Below are positions 26,891 to 39,385 of a stretch of DNA of 64,000 nt, in pieces. The DNA comes from Epiperipatus broadwayi. Its lineage: Eukaryota > Animalia > Onychophora. The notes beneath the pieces are model-generated. The model was given only the letters and a program-made list of their open reading frames with translations, ran no database searches and was not told the DNA's origin. Position numbers and translations under genes: made by a program. The first letter of the stretch is position 1. Each line of letters starts with the position of its first letter. The DNA lies in NCBI GenBank assembly GCA_028023455.1, contig JAQFVV010000011.1:4588001-4652000 (forward strand), in the 5' to 3' direction.

Positions 26891-28672
26891 TGTACTGGGT
26901 GGCATTCCAAAGAGATGATCCGGAGTATTCTATTTGCTAGGTTTAACTGGGTTTAAACTTTATTTAACATAATTTTATATTATAAATATTACGTGAATGG
27001 ACCAGCCCTTTGAGCAGAGGGGAGAATACCATCGATAGCAGAGCTATCAATGATACCCATGATCAGACCGAGCTATGCAATGCATAACATGATCACATTT
27101 CCAGACCATGGCTCACCACAACTGCTAGATTCAAACCCCTACTATCCAAGCACTTTATTTGCTTTGAGATAAACTCTGGTGCCTGCTATCTATGAGAACT
27201 AATGTGCTGGGACAGTAGGCCCATAATCCAGCACTCAAAATATCCCATGACTAGCTCAATCAAAAGAATAATCTAACACATTATTGCTTTAATTAGTGGT
27301 AAAGAATTGACTGACAAATATTATGTTTCAAGATAATTTATTTTAACTAAACATTTATTATTCTAATTTTAATTACTTATATGAAACTTAATTAAATGAA
27401 ACAATGACTTATCATAATCTCAAGCTCACACATATACAATAGCAATATAATATAACAAAGAATATTAAATAATACAAGACATTTTAAAATACATGAAATC
27501 AATATAAAATATCCTAAAGCATTAACATACATGACATTTCAAAAACACACACATCCGTAGTTTTTTATGCATGCTATAGAGTTCATTTATTAACTGGCTC
27601 TGGGAGGCTTTAAGGATTGCAATGGCTACTTTAATATCAGAATTGGAAATAATAAAAAGTTACTCATTACCTATAGGATTTGAACATTGACTTCTTGCTG
27701 GTTGTGGCTTCATGTGAAAATCTTTCCAACCAGTTGGATTTGAGGTTTTTATGCTTGTGGAGGTTTAATGCTTAGTATTCGATGGCATTATTCTTTAAGA
27801 CAGTTTGATATCCCTAGCGGGTTTTTAAGTTGTTAGGCAGGCATCACTTTTTCCAGGCAAATTGGCTGTTTCCATCAGATTTGGGCTGGAGAAAAGTCAT
27901 ATAATTCTTGTGGCTGTTAGTACTGCATTGTCTTGGTAAATGCTGATTAAAGAACTGATAGACTGAATTCTTAGACTGAACTGAACTGATTGTGATCTCA
28001 ACTGACTGATTGATGAAAATGGACTATTTATATGATGACCTGTTGTCACTTTGATAATTGGTTTTTATGTCTACCAGCTATATTTGTTGAAATTCCTCCA
28101 GTTTTTGAATACATTCATTAGATAAGCTTTTGATTACATGTTTTCATTTGGTAGCCATTGCAAATTTGTTATTTGTGGATTTTTAATTTGTAGCCATTGC
28201 AAATTCTGTGTTTATATCTCTTATGATTATACAATATTTTTTTAACTTTCATTTATTCCTTAACATTGAACACACATATTTATTTTATCAATCATTCGCT
28301 ATTTATGCACATGTATATTTTATTCTAATAAATAATTTAAAGGAAAGAGATTTTCTTTTTTTCTTTTAGTTTTAAGATTTCCTTTCCTTTTGTTTAACTT
28401 AAATAAAAAGAGAGTATCTTATTGTTTAAACTGTTATACTTTTAATTTTTTCCAAATTAATTCCTCCCCCTCCCTTCCAATTACTCCTAACTTTTATAGA
28501 TTATTTCTTCTTTTTAGAAAAGTGTATTTCATTTTAAACTAACAATAAAGAAAAAACTCTTTAGATCTTTATAAACAACAATCTCTCAACTGAAACCTTT
28601 GCATTATTTATGAGAATTTTATTTTAATTTTTTTAGACAAAAATTTCAATGAGCACTCTCAGTAGCATTACT
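26891..28672 (-). repeat. E1 5' LTR (1782 bp)
   Basis: Direct repeat of 21629-24732; followed on the minus strand by the PBS; right flank atat. Confidence 0.9.
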
Positions 28673-28709
28673 ATATATATATGTTAAAACGAAGATTTGC
28701 ACGGGTTAA

Positions 28710-28874
28710 ATATATAAAATACATATTTTGCGGGTTCATCCGTGTTAAAAACTTTTAATATCAATATACTGACGTTTCGACTTGGATGGCTTGTGTGACC
28801 AAATCGAAACGTCAGTATATTGATATTAAAAGTTTTTAACACGGATGAACCCGCAAAATATGTATTTTATATAT
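28710..28874. repeat. Perfect 71-bp-arm palindrome in a (TA)n tract, possibly PLE-derived
   Basis: 28710-28780 is the exact reverse complement of 28804-28874, with a 23-nt spacer; arms meet the spacer at CTGACGTTTCGA / TCGAAACGTCAG. Confidence 0.85.
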
Positions 28875-29730
28875 ATATATTGTATATTATAGCACTGAAG
28901 AAGATTGTTGCATATTCAAAACTCAGTTATTTTTGCAAGTGTGCAATAATAAAATATTATATTTTGCATTGTGTAAATTGCATAAAAGAGAATTTTCTTA
29001 TATTCAGTAAGAATCCTTGCATTGTTCTACCAGATTATGAAAACAAGCTCATTTTTGATTGTTTTTAGCTCACTAGCAGACAGTACCATCTCCTGATCTA
29101 AAATCTTCGGATTTATCACCTTACTAAGTTATATGTAAATGACTGATTTTATCTTTATTATATCAAACTTCAAGTTCCAAAGATGTTTGTTTTCTTGAAG
29201 ATATGGATTTTCTATCTTCATAAAATGACATCAGTAACTACACATGGAAATTATTTAAATTCTACCATATCATATAGTCTGATTTAGGATTCACCATCCA
29301 GTATCATAATTTCATTATCTTTTGTCATATTGTTTATCAACCTTATATGTAGTTTATGATTGCTTTTTCAGTGCAATTTGAAATGGTGTATAGTTGTTGA
29401 TACAATTGTTATTAATATTATCATATATAGATGCCATCTAGTATAAATTTTAATAATCAAGCATTAAAATTCATGCGCAAAGGGATGTAAGTCAGAATAG
29501 TATTAAGATTATAAAGTTTAGACCTTTATTACAGGAAAGAAAATGAAACTTAGGATAGATTTTTTTTTTGTTTAAAAAAAAAAAGCAGTATTTAATTAGT
29601 AGATAAAAAAATATTGTACCTTTTTATTTCTTCTTAGTTTGTTAATTAAACCTGTACTCATTAGATTTGAGCCCACAGAAAGTTTTTTATATTTTAGTAA
29701 AACAACTTTGGTGATTTTGATATTTAACAC

Positions 29731-30096
29731 TATACAGTCTTACACACACCTGCACATATATAATGTAATATAAGGGATTCGAACTCAGACTTTCACACAA
29801 TCCTCAACTCTCCATGCCATTTCATATTGCTGACTCACCTGATCATGCACATGTTGAAAAGATAAATAATCAATATATGTATTCATGCTAAACCAGAAAT
29901 CTTAATATAAAGCTGAGCACTGATTGTATAAATGTGTGGAGATAGTAATCTGGATCAACTGATGATTGGCTGGTTTAGCATGAAATAGGTATATTGGTGA
30001 TTTTTTATCTTTTTAACATGTGTATGATCAGGTAGGTCAGCAATATGAGATGGCATGGAGAGTTGAGGGTCATGTGAAAGTCTGAGTTCGAATCCC
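29731..30096. mobile_element. Inverted pair of family H1 (hammerhead + B-box short retroelement)
   Basis: Arms 29774-29896 and 29970-30096 are inverted copies. The plus copy (from ~29905) carries CTGATGA...GAAA and ends at GAGTTCGAATCCC; homologous to 45365-45575 and 12729-12797. Confidence 0.75.
29941..30009 (+). ncRNA. Type I hammerhead ribozyme-like motif (degenerate)
   Basis: GATAGTAATC-TGG-ATCAA / CTGATGA / TTGGCTGGTTTAGCAT / GAAA-T-AGGT-A-TA / TTGGT-GATTTTTTATC: core boxes present, stem II, a minimal stem III, and stem I with an internal loop. The stem II closing pair is broken in this copy. Confidence 0.6.
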
Positions 30097-31329
30097 AAAA
30101 AATGATATTGCAAATCTTTCAATCAAGATTAAATATGGAACAATATGTTTAACCCAATCACATGTTTAAATATTGATATAAGTACTATATTAATGGTCAA
30201 TCTTTTAACAATTTTTTTTATTTTACAGTGATTTTCAGAAGCAAATATTTTTGTTTTGTTTCTTAAGAAAATTAATTAACTGATCAAGACTTCATGAAGT
30301 TTGAACACCAAAAGTGAAAGATTTGAACTACAATATTTCTGGTTCTAGAATCTCCCACACTGCCATTACGTTAATCCATGCAGGACTCTTTTCTTTTCTT
30401 GATTATCTGCACAATATGCGTTCTAACAAAAAAAATCCAAGTGCTGTGATTGGTTGATTTTTTTATTAATATGGTTATGTATATATATAAAAAAGTTTAC
30501 AAAATCCTCTAGATGGCTTCAAATTATTACATATTTACGACATAGTTAATTATTTGTTTATATATAATATACCAACGGATTATTGGTATAGGTGTTCATT
30601 TACCCATCATAAAAAGAAAATATGCAGTATGTATTTGAAAAAGGACATTGTAAAAATAATACGGCTATAATAGATAGATTCTATAAACATTTTTTAAATG
30701 TAGTTTCATCTTGTATTTTTGAAGTTTAGTTAATTCCTACTAGTAATTTTTTTTTTTTTTTAGTGCTAATTAATTACATTTTTATCTTTATTTACATATA
30801 TATAATCTTTAAATTACATTTAATAAATTTGACTAATCCCATAAGAAATTATTTTATTTAAGCAAAGAATTATTATGGACTATACTATGGATAATAAACC
30901 TTATTTATACACGTTGCAGACAAAAGAAGGGAAATGAAATTAATTTCTTTTTCTTTTTTTTAAAATTATTTTATTTGATGAAAAACAAGCAATAAAGTGA
31001 ATAATTTTATGTATGTTTCTTTGTTTGTATATTTGTGTGTGAGATAAATAAATATAAAAACAGAATAAAGTCTAATTCAAACACTTCTCTAAGATAAACA
31101 TTTTTTTAAAAAATAGTTTTATCCTGTATTTTGAATCTTCATTAATTTTATAAAAGTATGTTTATACAATATTAATTAACCTTTGATAACAACTTTATCT
31201 CTTTTATACCAATTCTTCATTATATGAATTAAATTCGCTTAATCCTGTGTAAAGTTATTTTATTCGGCCTTATGAATATACAAACTATTGACAACAAAGC
31301 TTATTTATCAGTTTTTCAGACAAAAGAAG

Positions 31330-33830
31330 AAAAATGTACTTGACTTGTTTGTTTATTATTTTGCGATGAACGAAACCATCAATGATACCTGGTTTGGTAG
31401 AGAATACCTCAACATATTGAGATAATAATTTTATAACCGAGTTTGTTCCTGTCGATCTAATAAAATTGATTTTTTAAACTACATCATTGATATCTTGATA
31501 ACTAATTATTTCCTCTATATAATTAATTTCAGGAGATAAATATTCTTGCATGTCAATAAATTTTATATTCTCACCATTACAGACAATTGCTTAAAAAATA
31601 TAATCAATTACAACATGGTGTTTGTGAAGAAAATCTGAGCCAAGAATAATATTATGGATAAGATCTGACATTATTAAATATATATATTCTATAATTTGTG
31701 TAGCCGTTTCAATCCTAATCCATACTTGTTTATTGTCAATTTTGTGTTCCTTCCCATTGCCAAGGGTAACTTGGGTTTGCCTTACTGGAAAAGTCAATAC
31801 CTGATATTTAAATTTGGTATTTCATTAGAATGCTTCGATTGAAAATGGACATTTGGCTGTCTGTATCAATAAGTGCATATATATCATGTCCTTTAATGAC
31901 TACAGGTATCAATGGACACAATTAATTACATCAATAAGTTGCTTTCCCTACATTATCAAAAATAATATTAGAGAATTAAAATTTTTCTCTATATTAATTG
32001 AAATGTTCCTCTTAGAAATAAGAGATTCTTGCCATGAGAAACTCCATTAATGTGGTCTTTGATGATTTTCCTGATTCTGTTCAAAATTTATAAATAAGGT
32101 TTTTGATACCATTCCATTACTTGCTTTGTTTGGTTCTCCTTGTGTATATCTCTTCTGAAATAAGGATTTGTTTCTGTTTTTGTTGAATAAATTCTATTAC
32201 TTCCATTGTGATTTATCTTACTTCTATGATTCACAGTATTATATTTGTTTCTAAAATTTTTCTGGTTCCTAGATGAAGGCAAATAATAATTTGGTACACT
32301 TATATAAGCTGATGTAGATAATGTTATTTTTCTGTTTTTCAGTCTGAGCATGGCATAAACTACTTATATCAATATTATTTAAAATATATGTTATTTCCTC
32401 AATATGGGATTGATTAGCAGCTATTAATACTTGTTGTACATCCTTAAATGAATATGTTGTCCTAATAAATTGGAACTGCAATAAATTAAATTCAATCAAA
32501 GTTCTAGTGGATAAGCTTTATAATCATTTATGGTTTTAGGCTTGGTAAATAATAAAGCTCACCAATTCTTAGCTGCTCCATATAAATTATTATTGGTGAT
32601 AACAACTTTTTCATCTTCTGTTTAATAGTGAAATGTAAATAACTTCATCATGCCATCATGGTGTTCTAGTGGATTTTTGCCAACTCTTCCTTTTAAAAAT
32701 TTGAGTTATAAATTTAGTCATTGGATTAGATTTTACAGATATATCCTTTGCAGTTACTTTTCTTAATTCTGTTTGTGGTTCACTTCTATGATTCCAGGAT
32801 TAAACTCAGTAATATCTTCTCTTTTGATTAATGGATTTGCAGTAAGGAATCTATAACTCTCTTTTGTAATACCTCTTCAAAATTCACCCCATTAACAAAT
32901 TCTACCTCTGATCCATAAATAGGTATAAGGTTCTTCACAACATTATGATAATAATATTTTTCCCTTTTATATAATTCTTTTACTTTGTCTATAATTTGAT
33001 TTTTCATATTCTGATCAGCTTTATTTACTTTTACAATCAATTGGCCCATTTGATTTTTCAAATGTCCATTTCTTTATATATTTGTTCTTCTGTTATGGCC
33101 TTATCAACTTCTTCAAACTTATTTTTAATGTTAGCTTTTTTTCTAAAACCTGTTGAGTAATGGATAAATTTTCCATTTGAGTCATTAATCTATCATTATT
33201 CACTTTCATTTCTTTTTGAATGGCTAATAAACTCTTTTTTTTTTTTTTTATGGTTTTTCTCTAGACACCGATGCATTTTCTTTCAGTTTTAGTCACTTGC
33301 TGAAAATTTTTCCATAATTGATTCCAATTAGCTTTTAAATCTTCTTGGACTTTTTGACAATTTGTTAAACCTTTCTCTAATTTGATTGTTTTCTTTTTTT
33401 TCTTTTCTTGTCCATTTCCACTATTTTCTTATCAACTTTCTTTAAGTTTGACTTTTAAATTCTGAAATTTTTCTTTGAAAATCTGCTGAAGTTTTTCTTT
33501 TAAATCTTCTATTTCTGATACTAGTAAAATTGATTTCACATTTCTTAAAATTTTCTTCTATCTTATTTTCTAATTCTTCTAATTTTGTATTTAAATGAGC
33601 AAATTTAATATATTTTCTTCCAATTTGGAATTTATCTCTTCTTTCATCTTCAAACTATTTTCTTTCATATCTTCTTTCATCCTTAAACTATTTTCTTTCA
33701 TTTTTTTTTTATCTTTTGTAATAAGAGTTTGAACATTTTTTTCCTTAGGCAATGGAGATTTTGACTCTTATGTTAATGGTACTATTATTTCTTCTTCCAT
33801 TTTTAATAATACTGTTTTATAATCAGTAAT
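31330..33830 (-). mobile_element. Ty3/Gypsy remnant: gag, aspartic protease and RT N-terminus
   Basis: Coiled-coil N-terminus (MEEEII..MKENSLRMKEDMKENSLKMKEE), KFLKGRVGKNPLE gag motif, protease end IILGSDFLHKHHVVIDY, RT start LSQYVEVFSTKPG; many stops. Confidence 0.8.
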
Positions 33831-35777
33831 TTAATACAAAAAAAAAGTTGAAATTATTCTCCCATAAACAACAAATTCCACTAAGAATCAGATGAATTTA
33901 TTTAAAATAGACATATATCTCAAAATTTCTCTATATTTTTTATTACTAAATATTATTTATTAATTAAAATTTTTATTTAATTTTTTTAATGGACCCTCTC
34001 AAATAAAAATAAAAATTTTATTATGTGATATAGTATTTTGTCTCTTTTCATTTTTCTTTGGGTTTGTTTCATCGTGTTATCACAATTTTTTTTAAAAAAA
34101 TATATCATTGTCATATTTCACACAATTTTATTTTTGCTTTGACCCAATAGATTTTACATCGTATTAACTATTTATTGGTGGTGCTATGAATAAAATATTG
34201 ATGTTCTTTAACAGTCTCTTTATTTAAAATAACAATAAGTGCACCATCCATACCTTACTCTTTTATGAAAACAAGCATATGTAACCATTAACTGATTTCA
34301 CTTATTCGATGTGCTAAACAACAACCATGGATATTCTACATTTAACATGTAAATATGGACTACCAGGAATTACATTCTTGGTTTAATTTATTAAATTCGG
34401 TATTCTAACCTTAGTATAGCAACAAATATAAATATGAAAAACCAGGAATTTCATCTCTGGTATCTACTCTTTATTCATAAGACCAGGCGTTTATCATCTG
34501 GCACTCTATCAATATTTGCAAACCCTTTTCCTATGCATGCAAACTTATAAGTTACTTAACATATTTTAGCTTAACAACCTTTCCATATAAAAATGCAACT
34601 ATATTTACACATACATTTATTTCTCATACATTAAAGAATCTTCATGAAAACATAATTTTGCTCATAATTGATCAGCATGTTTGCTGATACCATCAACAAA
34701 ACTCCTTATTCGGTCATCAAATTTATAAATATATACTTCTACAATACAATTTTCTTCTAACATAAAAACATCTACAATCCTAACTTATAAGAGTATATTA
34801 CATTTCTCTCAGGGTACAATTTTATCAAACCAATGCCAGCAACTGTAAAGATATAAATAAAAATAACTACTCTTCTCTCTTGGGGTACAAGTTTATCATC
34901 ACCCCTAATTTGGGAAAACCAAATGCTATAATGGAATAAATAAATAAAAGCATGGAAATGAGGCATGGCATGGACATCATATATATTCTAACCTGAAAAC
35001 ATAGTGATGAGAATGAATACCATGTAAGCTAGACAATCAGGTGGATTCCACTTAATAATCCAGTTACAATGATCTTATGGCCTGTAGTCAAGGTGCATGT
35101 ATAAGATATGAATGCTTTAAAGCTTTATATTAGAATATTAAAATAAGAGTAACACAATGAATAGATGTAACCAATCCAGATGCAATACCCACCATTGACA
35201 GATGTTGCATTAACTCTAAAATAAAATAGAAAACTAAATAAATGTAGATAAATGATTAACTAATAATAACTTTATTATACAAAATATACATTATGATTAT
35301 TATAATTAATACACTAAATAAGAATAATAGCACAATAAATTAATAAATATAAACGAACTGCTTTCAATAATAATTTTACAAGAATATTTACATATTTTAA
35401 ACAATCAAATTGATGGAATATCATAAAATAGCATTTCAAAACCTTTTATTAGTATTTGTTCTTGTACGATAATTGAAATAATTTAATATAGTTATTATTT
35501 ACAATTTAGATTGTAGTTTTTTTTTTTTAGTTGGATATTATATTTGTAAAACAGAGCAGAAGTATATCTCTTTAAGAGTTAACAATATTTAACTCTTGTG
35601 TATGATAAAAATTATATATATCTGATCTGCTTCAAGTTGTATATCTTTAAAGTATAGCAAAAGTTAATACCTATAGTCCCGTTTATTAATTAAATATTTG
35701 TATATGTTTATTCAATAATAATAAGAATAAATCGTTTAACTAAAACAAACATCTTTATAATCGATGAGTATTGACAA

Positions 35778-35923
35778 TTGCTCAACAAGCTTTGTGATAA
35801 ATGTTTAACCAGAGAAAGCATTTAAAATATCTCTGAAAGGACCCCCCCCCCCAAACCTCTGACCCATGATTTCATGCTTTGGCACTCCTCAGAGAGGCTG
35901 TAGGATAGCTTCAGACACTAGAT
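35778..35923 (+). repeat. Unclassified dispersed repeat (second copy at 47292-47435)
   Basis: ttgctcaacaagctttgtgata...tttcatgctttggcactcctcag...taggatag..tcagacactagat shared, same orientation. Confidence 0.8.
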
Positions 35924-36259
35924 CTAAAAATACCAAGCCAAAGCTGGCATTTATCTAAAAGTTATATATTGAGTAGAAAATCTGAAAATTTCAGACACCA
36001 TATGCATATTATGCATTAATTAACATTTTTTTTTATTATTATTTATATCTACTAAACATAAAGTGTTATTAAGATTATTTTACAAAGAATACATCAGAAA
36101 ATTATTTTTTTATAGATTAAAAACAGTAATATTACCATTTTATATTTGCTTTGGATAGTGCGATTCCAAATAAAATTTCTAATTGTCCTTATTCTCAGGC
36201 TTATTAGTACTCCCTCGAAGCTGATGAAATAATAATGAAGTTGAATTATTGTTAATAAC

Positions 36260-36780
36260 TATTAACTGTCAATATAATATTTTTTATCCTTTTTACTTCC
36301 TTGTTGATCAAAATATTCTAACTCATGATAGATCCATTAATTTTGAAATGAGAAATTTATATTACTCAATACTTAATCCATGTTAGATTTTTAATGCTAT
36401 ACTTTCTATACTATCACTTTTAGTTTATTTTGAAGAAAATCTTTTATTGTATAATTCTTATTTCATGTTAATTCCTTCATCCAATCTCCTGGAAAATGTT
36501 ATTGAAGATGAGGGGACAAATACCTTCCTCTAACTTATTCATTTAGCAATCCATGTTTTTTTTGTTTGTTTTCTGATCACTAAAATGTGATTATAACACA
36601 ATTCAGTTGCAAAAACAGGAGATTTTATATAGATGTTATTCAGTTCAATGTATTCATTCTTCTTACTCTATTTTTATCCAAAATCGGATTCTTTTTTACC
36701 AAGCAGACAATAATTTTAATCAATTTTATTAGGTTTCCCATCTTATGTCTAACATTCTTGTAAATCATCTAATTTATATA
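36260..36780 (-). mobile_element. LINE RT fragment
   Basis: Minus translation VRGRYLSPHL (cf. GVRQG..LSP.LF) with flanking RT-like residues; very decayed. Confidence 0.4.
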
Positions 36781-37004
36781 AAAATAATACACAGAAAAAA
36801 TATTTTTTTATAAATTGTAATAATAAATAAATAATAATCTAGAATAGCATAATTTTTTATTATTTATTTTAGATACTAACTAACAAAAATATTAATTTTA
36901 TATACAATATATTAATATTGATGTGTATACTTCTTAATATATAATTTTTTATTTATTATATTACATATACACATTGGGTCTGAAGGTTTGTGATGATGGT
37001 ATAT

Positions 37005-37462
37005 TATTAGATGTGATATGTTGGACTATTTCCATCATCTATGAGTGAATGTTGAATGTATAGAAAATTTTAAACTTTATTTAAACTTTCCAAATACAAA
37101 CAACTTGTTAGTAATAACACACAAATAGACAACACATGTTAGTAATTACACAACATTTCGAATAGTATTATTCTCCACTCTTCTCCAGGTGTTGCTGGCC
37201 TATATGCACAGTGACAATATTCACTTAGAAGTTGAACTCACACCTTTAGATTCTTGAATATTGAATTTAAGGCAAACGCTCTACCAAATGAGCTATTCTG
37301 TCAAAGGCAACATATAGTATAATTACTAACCTGTTTATCTATTTGTGTGATATTACTAACAAGTTGTTTGTGTTTAGAAAGTTTAAATAAAGTTTAAAAT
37401 TTTCTATACATTCAGAATTTACTCATAGATGATGGAAATAGTCCAACATATTACGTCTAATA
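37005..37462 (-). mobile_element. Solo tRNA-head + hammerhead-like unit (family H2) with an inverted duplication of its 3' part
   Basis: ~145-bp inverted arms (37005-37150, 37320-37462). The spacer on the minus strand reads A box TAGCTCATTTGGTAGAGCG, B box GAGTTCAACTT, then CTGGAGA-A-GAGTGG...CTATTC-GAAATGTTG. Collinear with 54491-54760. Confidence 0.75.
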
Positions 37463-39385
37463 TATGTATTGTGTACTGACCCCATTATTTATCCATAGTA
37501 AATATGAATTATCATTCTCTATTGACTATACTTTAAATGAATTTTTTATACAATAACAATCCTAATATAGTTTTTGATTTTATTTTAAACACTTTCTAAC
37601 TTTTATATAAACCTCAAATTTCAATATATCTTTATACAGAGAGAGATAATTTTTGATAAAGATTTTAAATGCCTTCTCTTGCAGCATTTATTGGAAAAGC
37701 TTGTTTAGAGCTATTAGCACACTCATTATATTAGATTTGTAAATACAAGCTTATTAAATTATGTCACATGATGTATGACTTGATTTCCTTACTACTAATA
37801 TATATATTATTGATTGTTATTGATATTGGTATTGTTTAAGTGTTGACTGCTTTTAATACATTTACATCTATAAACCTATCTAACTTTGAGCATTTTTATT
37901 AGCTTTATTATTTAAGTAATACATTGTTATAATGCAATTTGAAATTTATAATTGCAGTTTGAAAGTTATAAATGGCTGTTTGTTAGTCTACTATCAGAAC
38001 AGGTTATATTTTACCTGTTTATGAGATTTATTTAAACTTCTTTCTATCAATAATGTCATTCTCTGTGATGAAGTTGCAATCTTTAGTATCTATATAAATA
38101 TATTAGGCCATAATTAAAGGTGAATTTTTATCTCTATTGTTAAAAAGAGGTTGCCTTGACAACAGCTTGAGATTGTTATTGTTATTGGCATTGTTTAATT
38201 GTTGACTGTTTTCAATGAATTTATTTATATATATTATAACAAAGATACAAAGATTTTCACAGCTAAAAAATGAAATTTTAAAAGGTCTTGGGAAATATCC
38301 TGTATCAATTTTCTGGCATTAAAAAAACTTATGAACAGTAATATAAGAATTATGTTTAATGGGTCTCCAAAATAATTTTGTTATTTAAAATCTTGATTCT
38401 CAGAGATAGAACATTTATTCACAAAATTAAACTGCTAATCTTTTTAATGAAGTCTCTTATCTTTGTCAAGATTTTAGTGTCTTGAAATACTATTATATTT
38501 AAATAATATAGCAATAATATATTAATTAAAATCTTTTCATTAGTTATTTTATCAGAGAGTCGATCCATATCAGTCAGAGTAATGCTAAAACATGTTTGTA
38601 TATTGTCCGTTTTTATCCCTTAATCAAATGTCTTTATAATATTCACTGCTGGAGAGTAGAGAGAAAGAAAGAACAACAATAGATCTTCATAAATTGGAAA
38701 GGTTTGATTTTCTTCACTATGTTTAAATTGTTTGTTTTAAATATGATGTGTATATTATGAGAGAAAACTCAATACACTTCATCTTTATGGAAGTCTATTA
38801 TTCTATCACTCTCCCCATCCTCTATATATATTTTTTCACTTCATTAAGAAACAAAAAAAGAAAAATGCACAAACTTTTTAAAAGTTTTTCCTATTATGAT
38901 TCGTCAACTCCCTGATAAAATAATGAAATGACCACAATTCATGAGATTCTATAGGATTCAAGGACACCAAAGCCTTGAAAAGGATGAATTAGACTTTTCT
39001 GAAATATTGGTAGGCTATGTGTGTGTGGAGATTTTTTTTTTATGAATATGGATCAGACATTTTTAAAGAATTAAAACAACAAAATTATTTTGGAGACTGT
39101 GATGAGAATTTTTCAATTAATGATAATAGAAATTTTTCAATGCAGGATACTGATGTATGATATTCTTTTATTATATAATTATGAAATTAATACATTATAA
39201 AATTCTTCAAGGAACACTCAACACCTTTTTTATTACAAACTCATTGGTTCTGGGTGTCACCAAATGGACAGATAACTTATATTGTGAAGAGCTTGCCTCC
39301 CAAGGTACCAAAGCAAGCTAGGGGCAATACAGGTCATATTGACTTATATTATAGTTTATGTTTGCCTCCTGGCCTTTTTATATAT

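Larger units (their letters stand above)
21629..28672 (-). mobile_element. Non-autonomous Ty3/Gypsy-type LTR retroelement E1 (LTR - 2.2 kb internal - LTR)
   Basis: Two direct repeats (21629-24732 including an insertion; 26891-28672), termini TGT/AGT...ACA, ATAT on both flanks, PBS next to one LTR and PPT next to the other; no RT, RNase H or integrase in the internal region. Confidence 0.9.

Noticed and set aside
34270-35180. 5' LTR of the 31330-33830 Gypsy remnant
   Set aside because: tgtaacc motifs are present but there is no partner LTR, clear PBS or TSD to support boundaries.
36200-36260. Hammerhead at CTGATGA (36221)
   Set aside because: No pairing stem II and no correctly placed GAAA; no second copy in the window.
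37225-37300. Functional tRNA genes (also 11862, 46748, 50724, 54508)
   Set aside because: A and B boxes only; no complete acceptor, anticodon and T stems. They are repeat-associated tRNA-derived heads.
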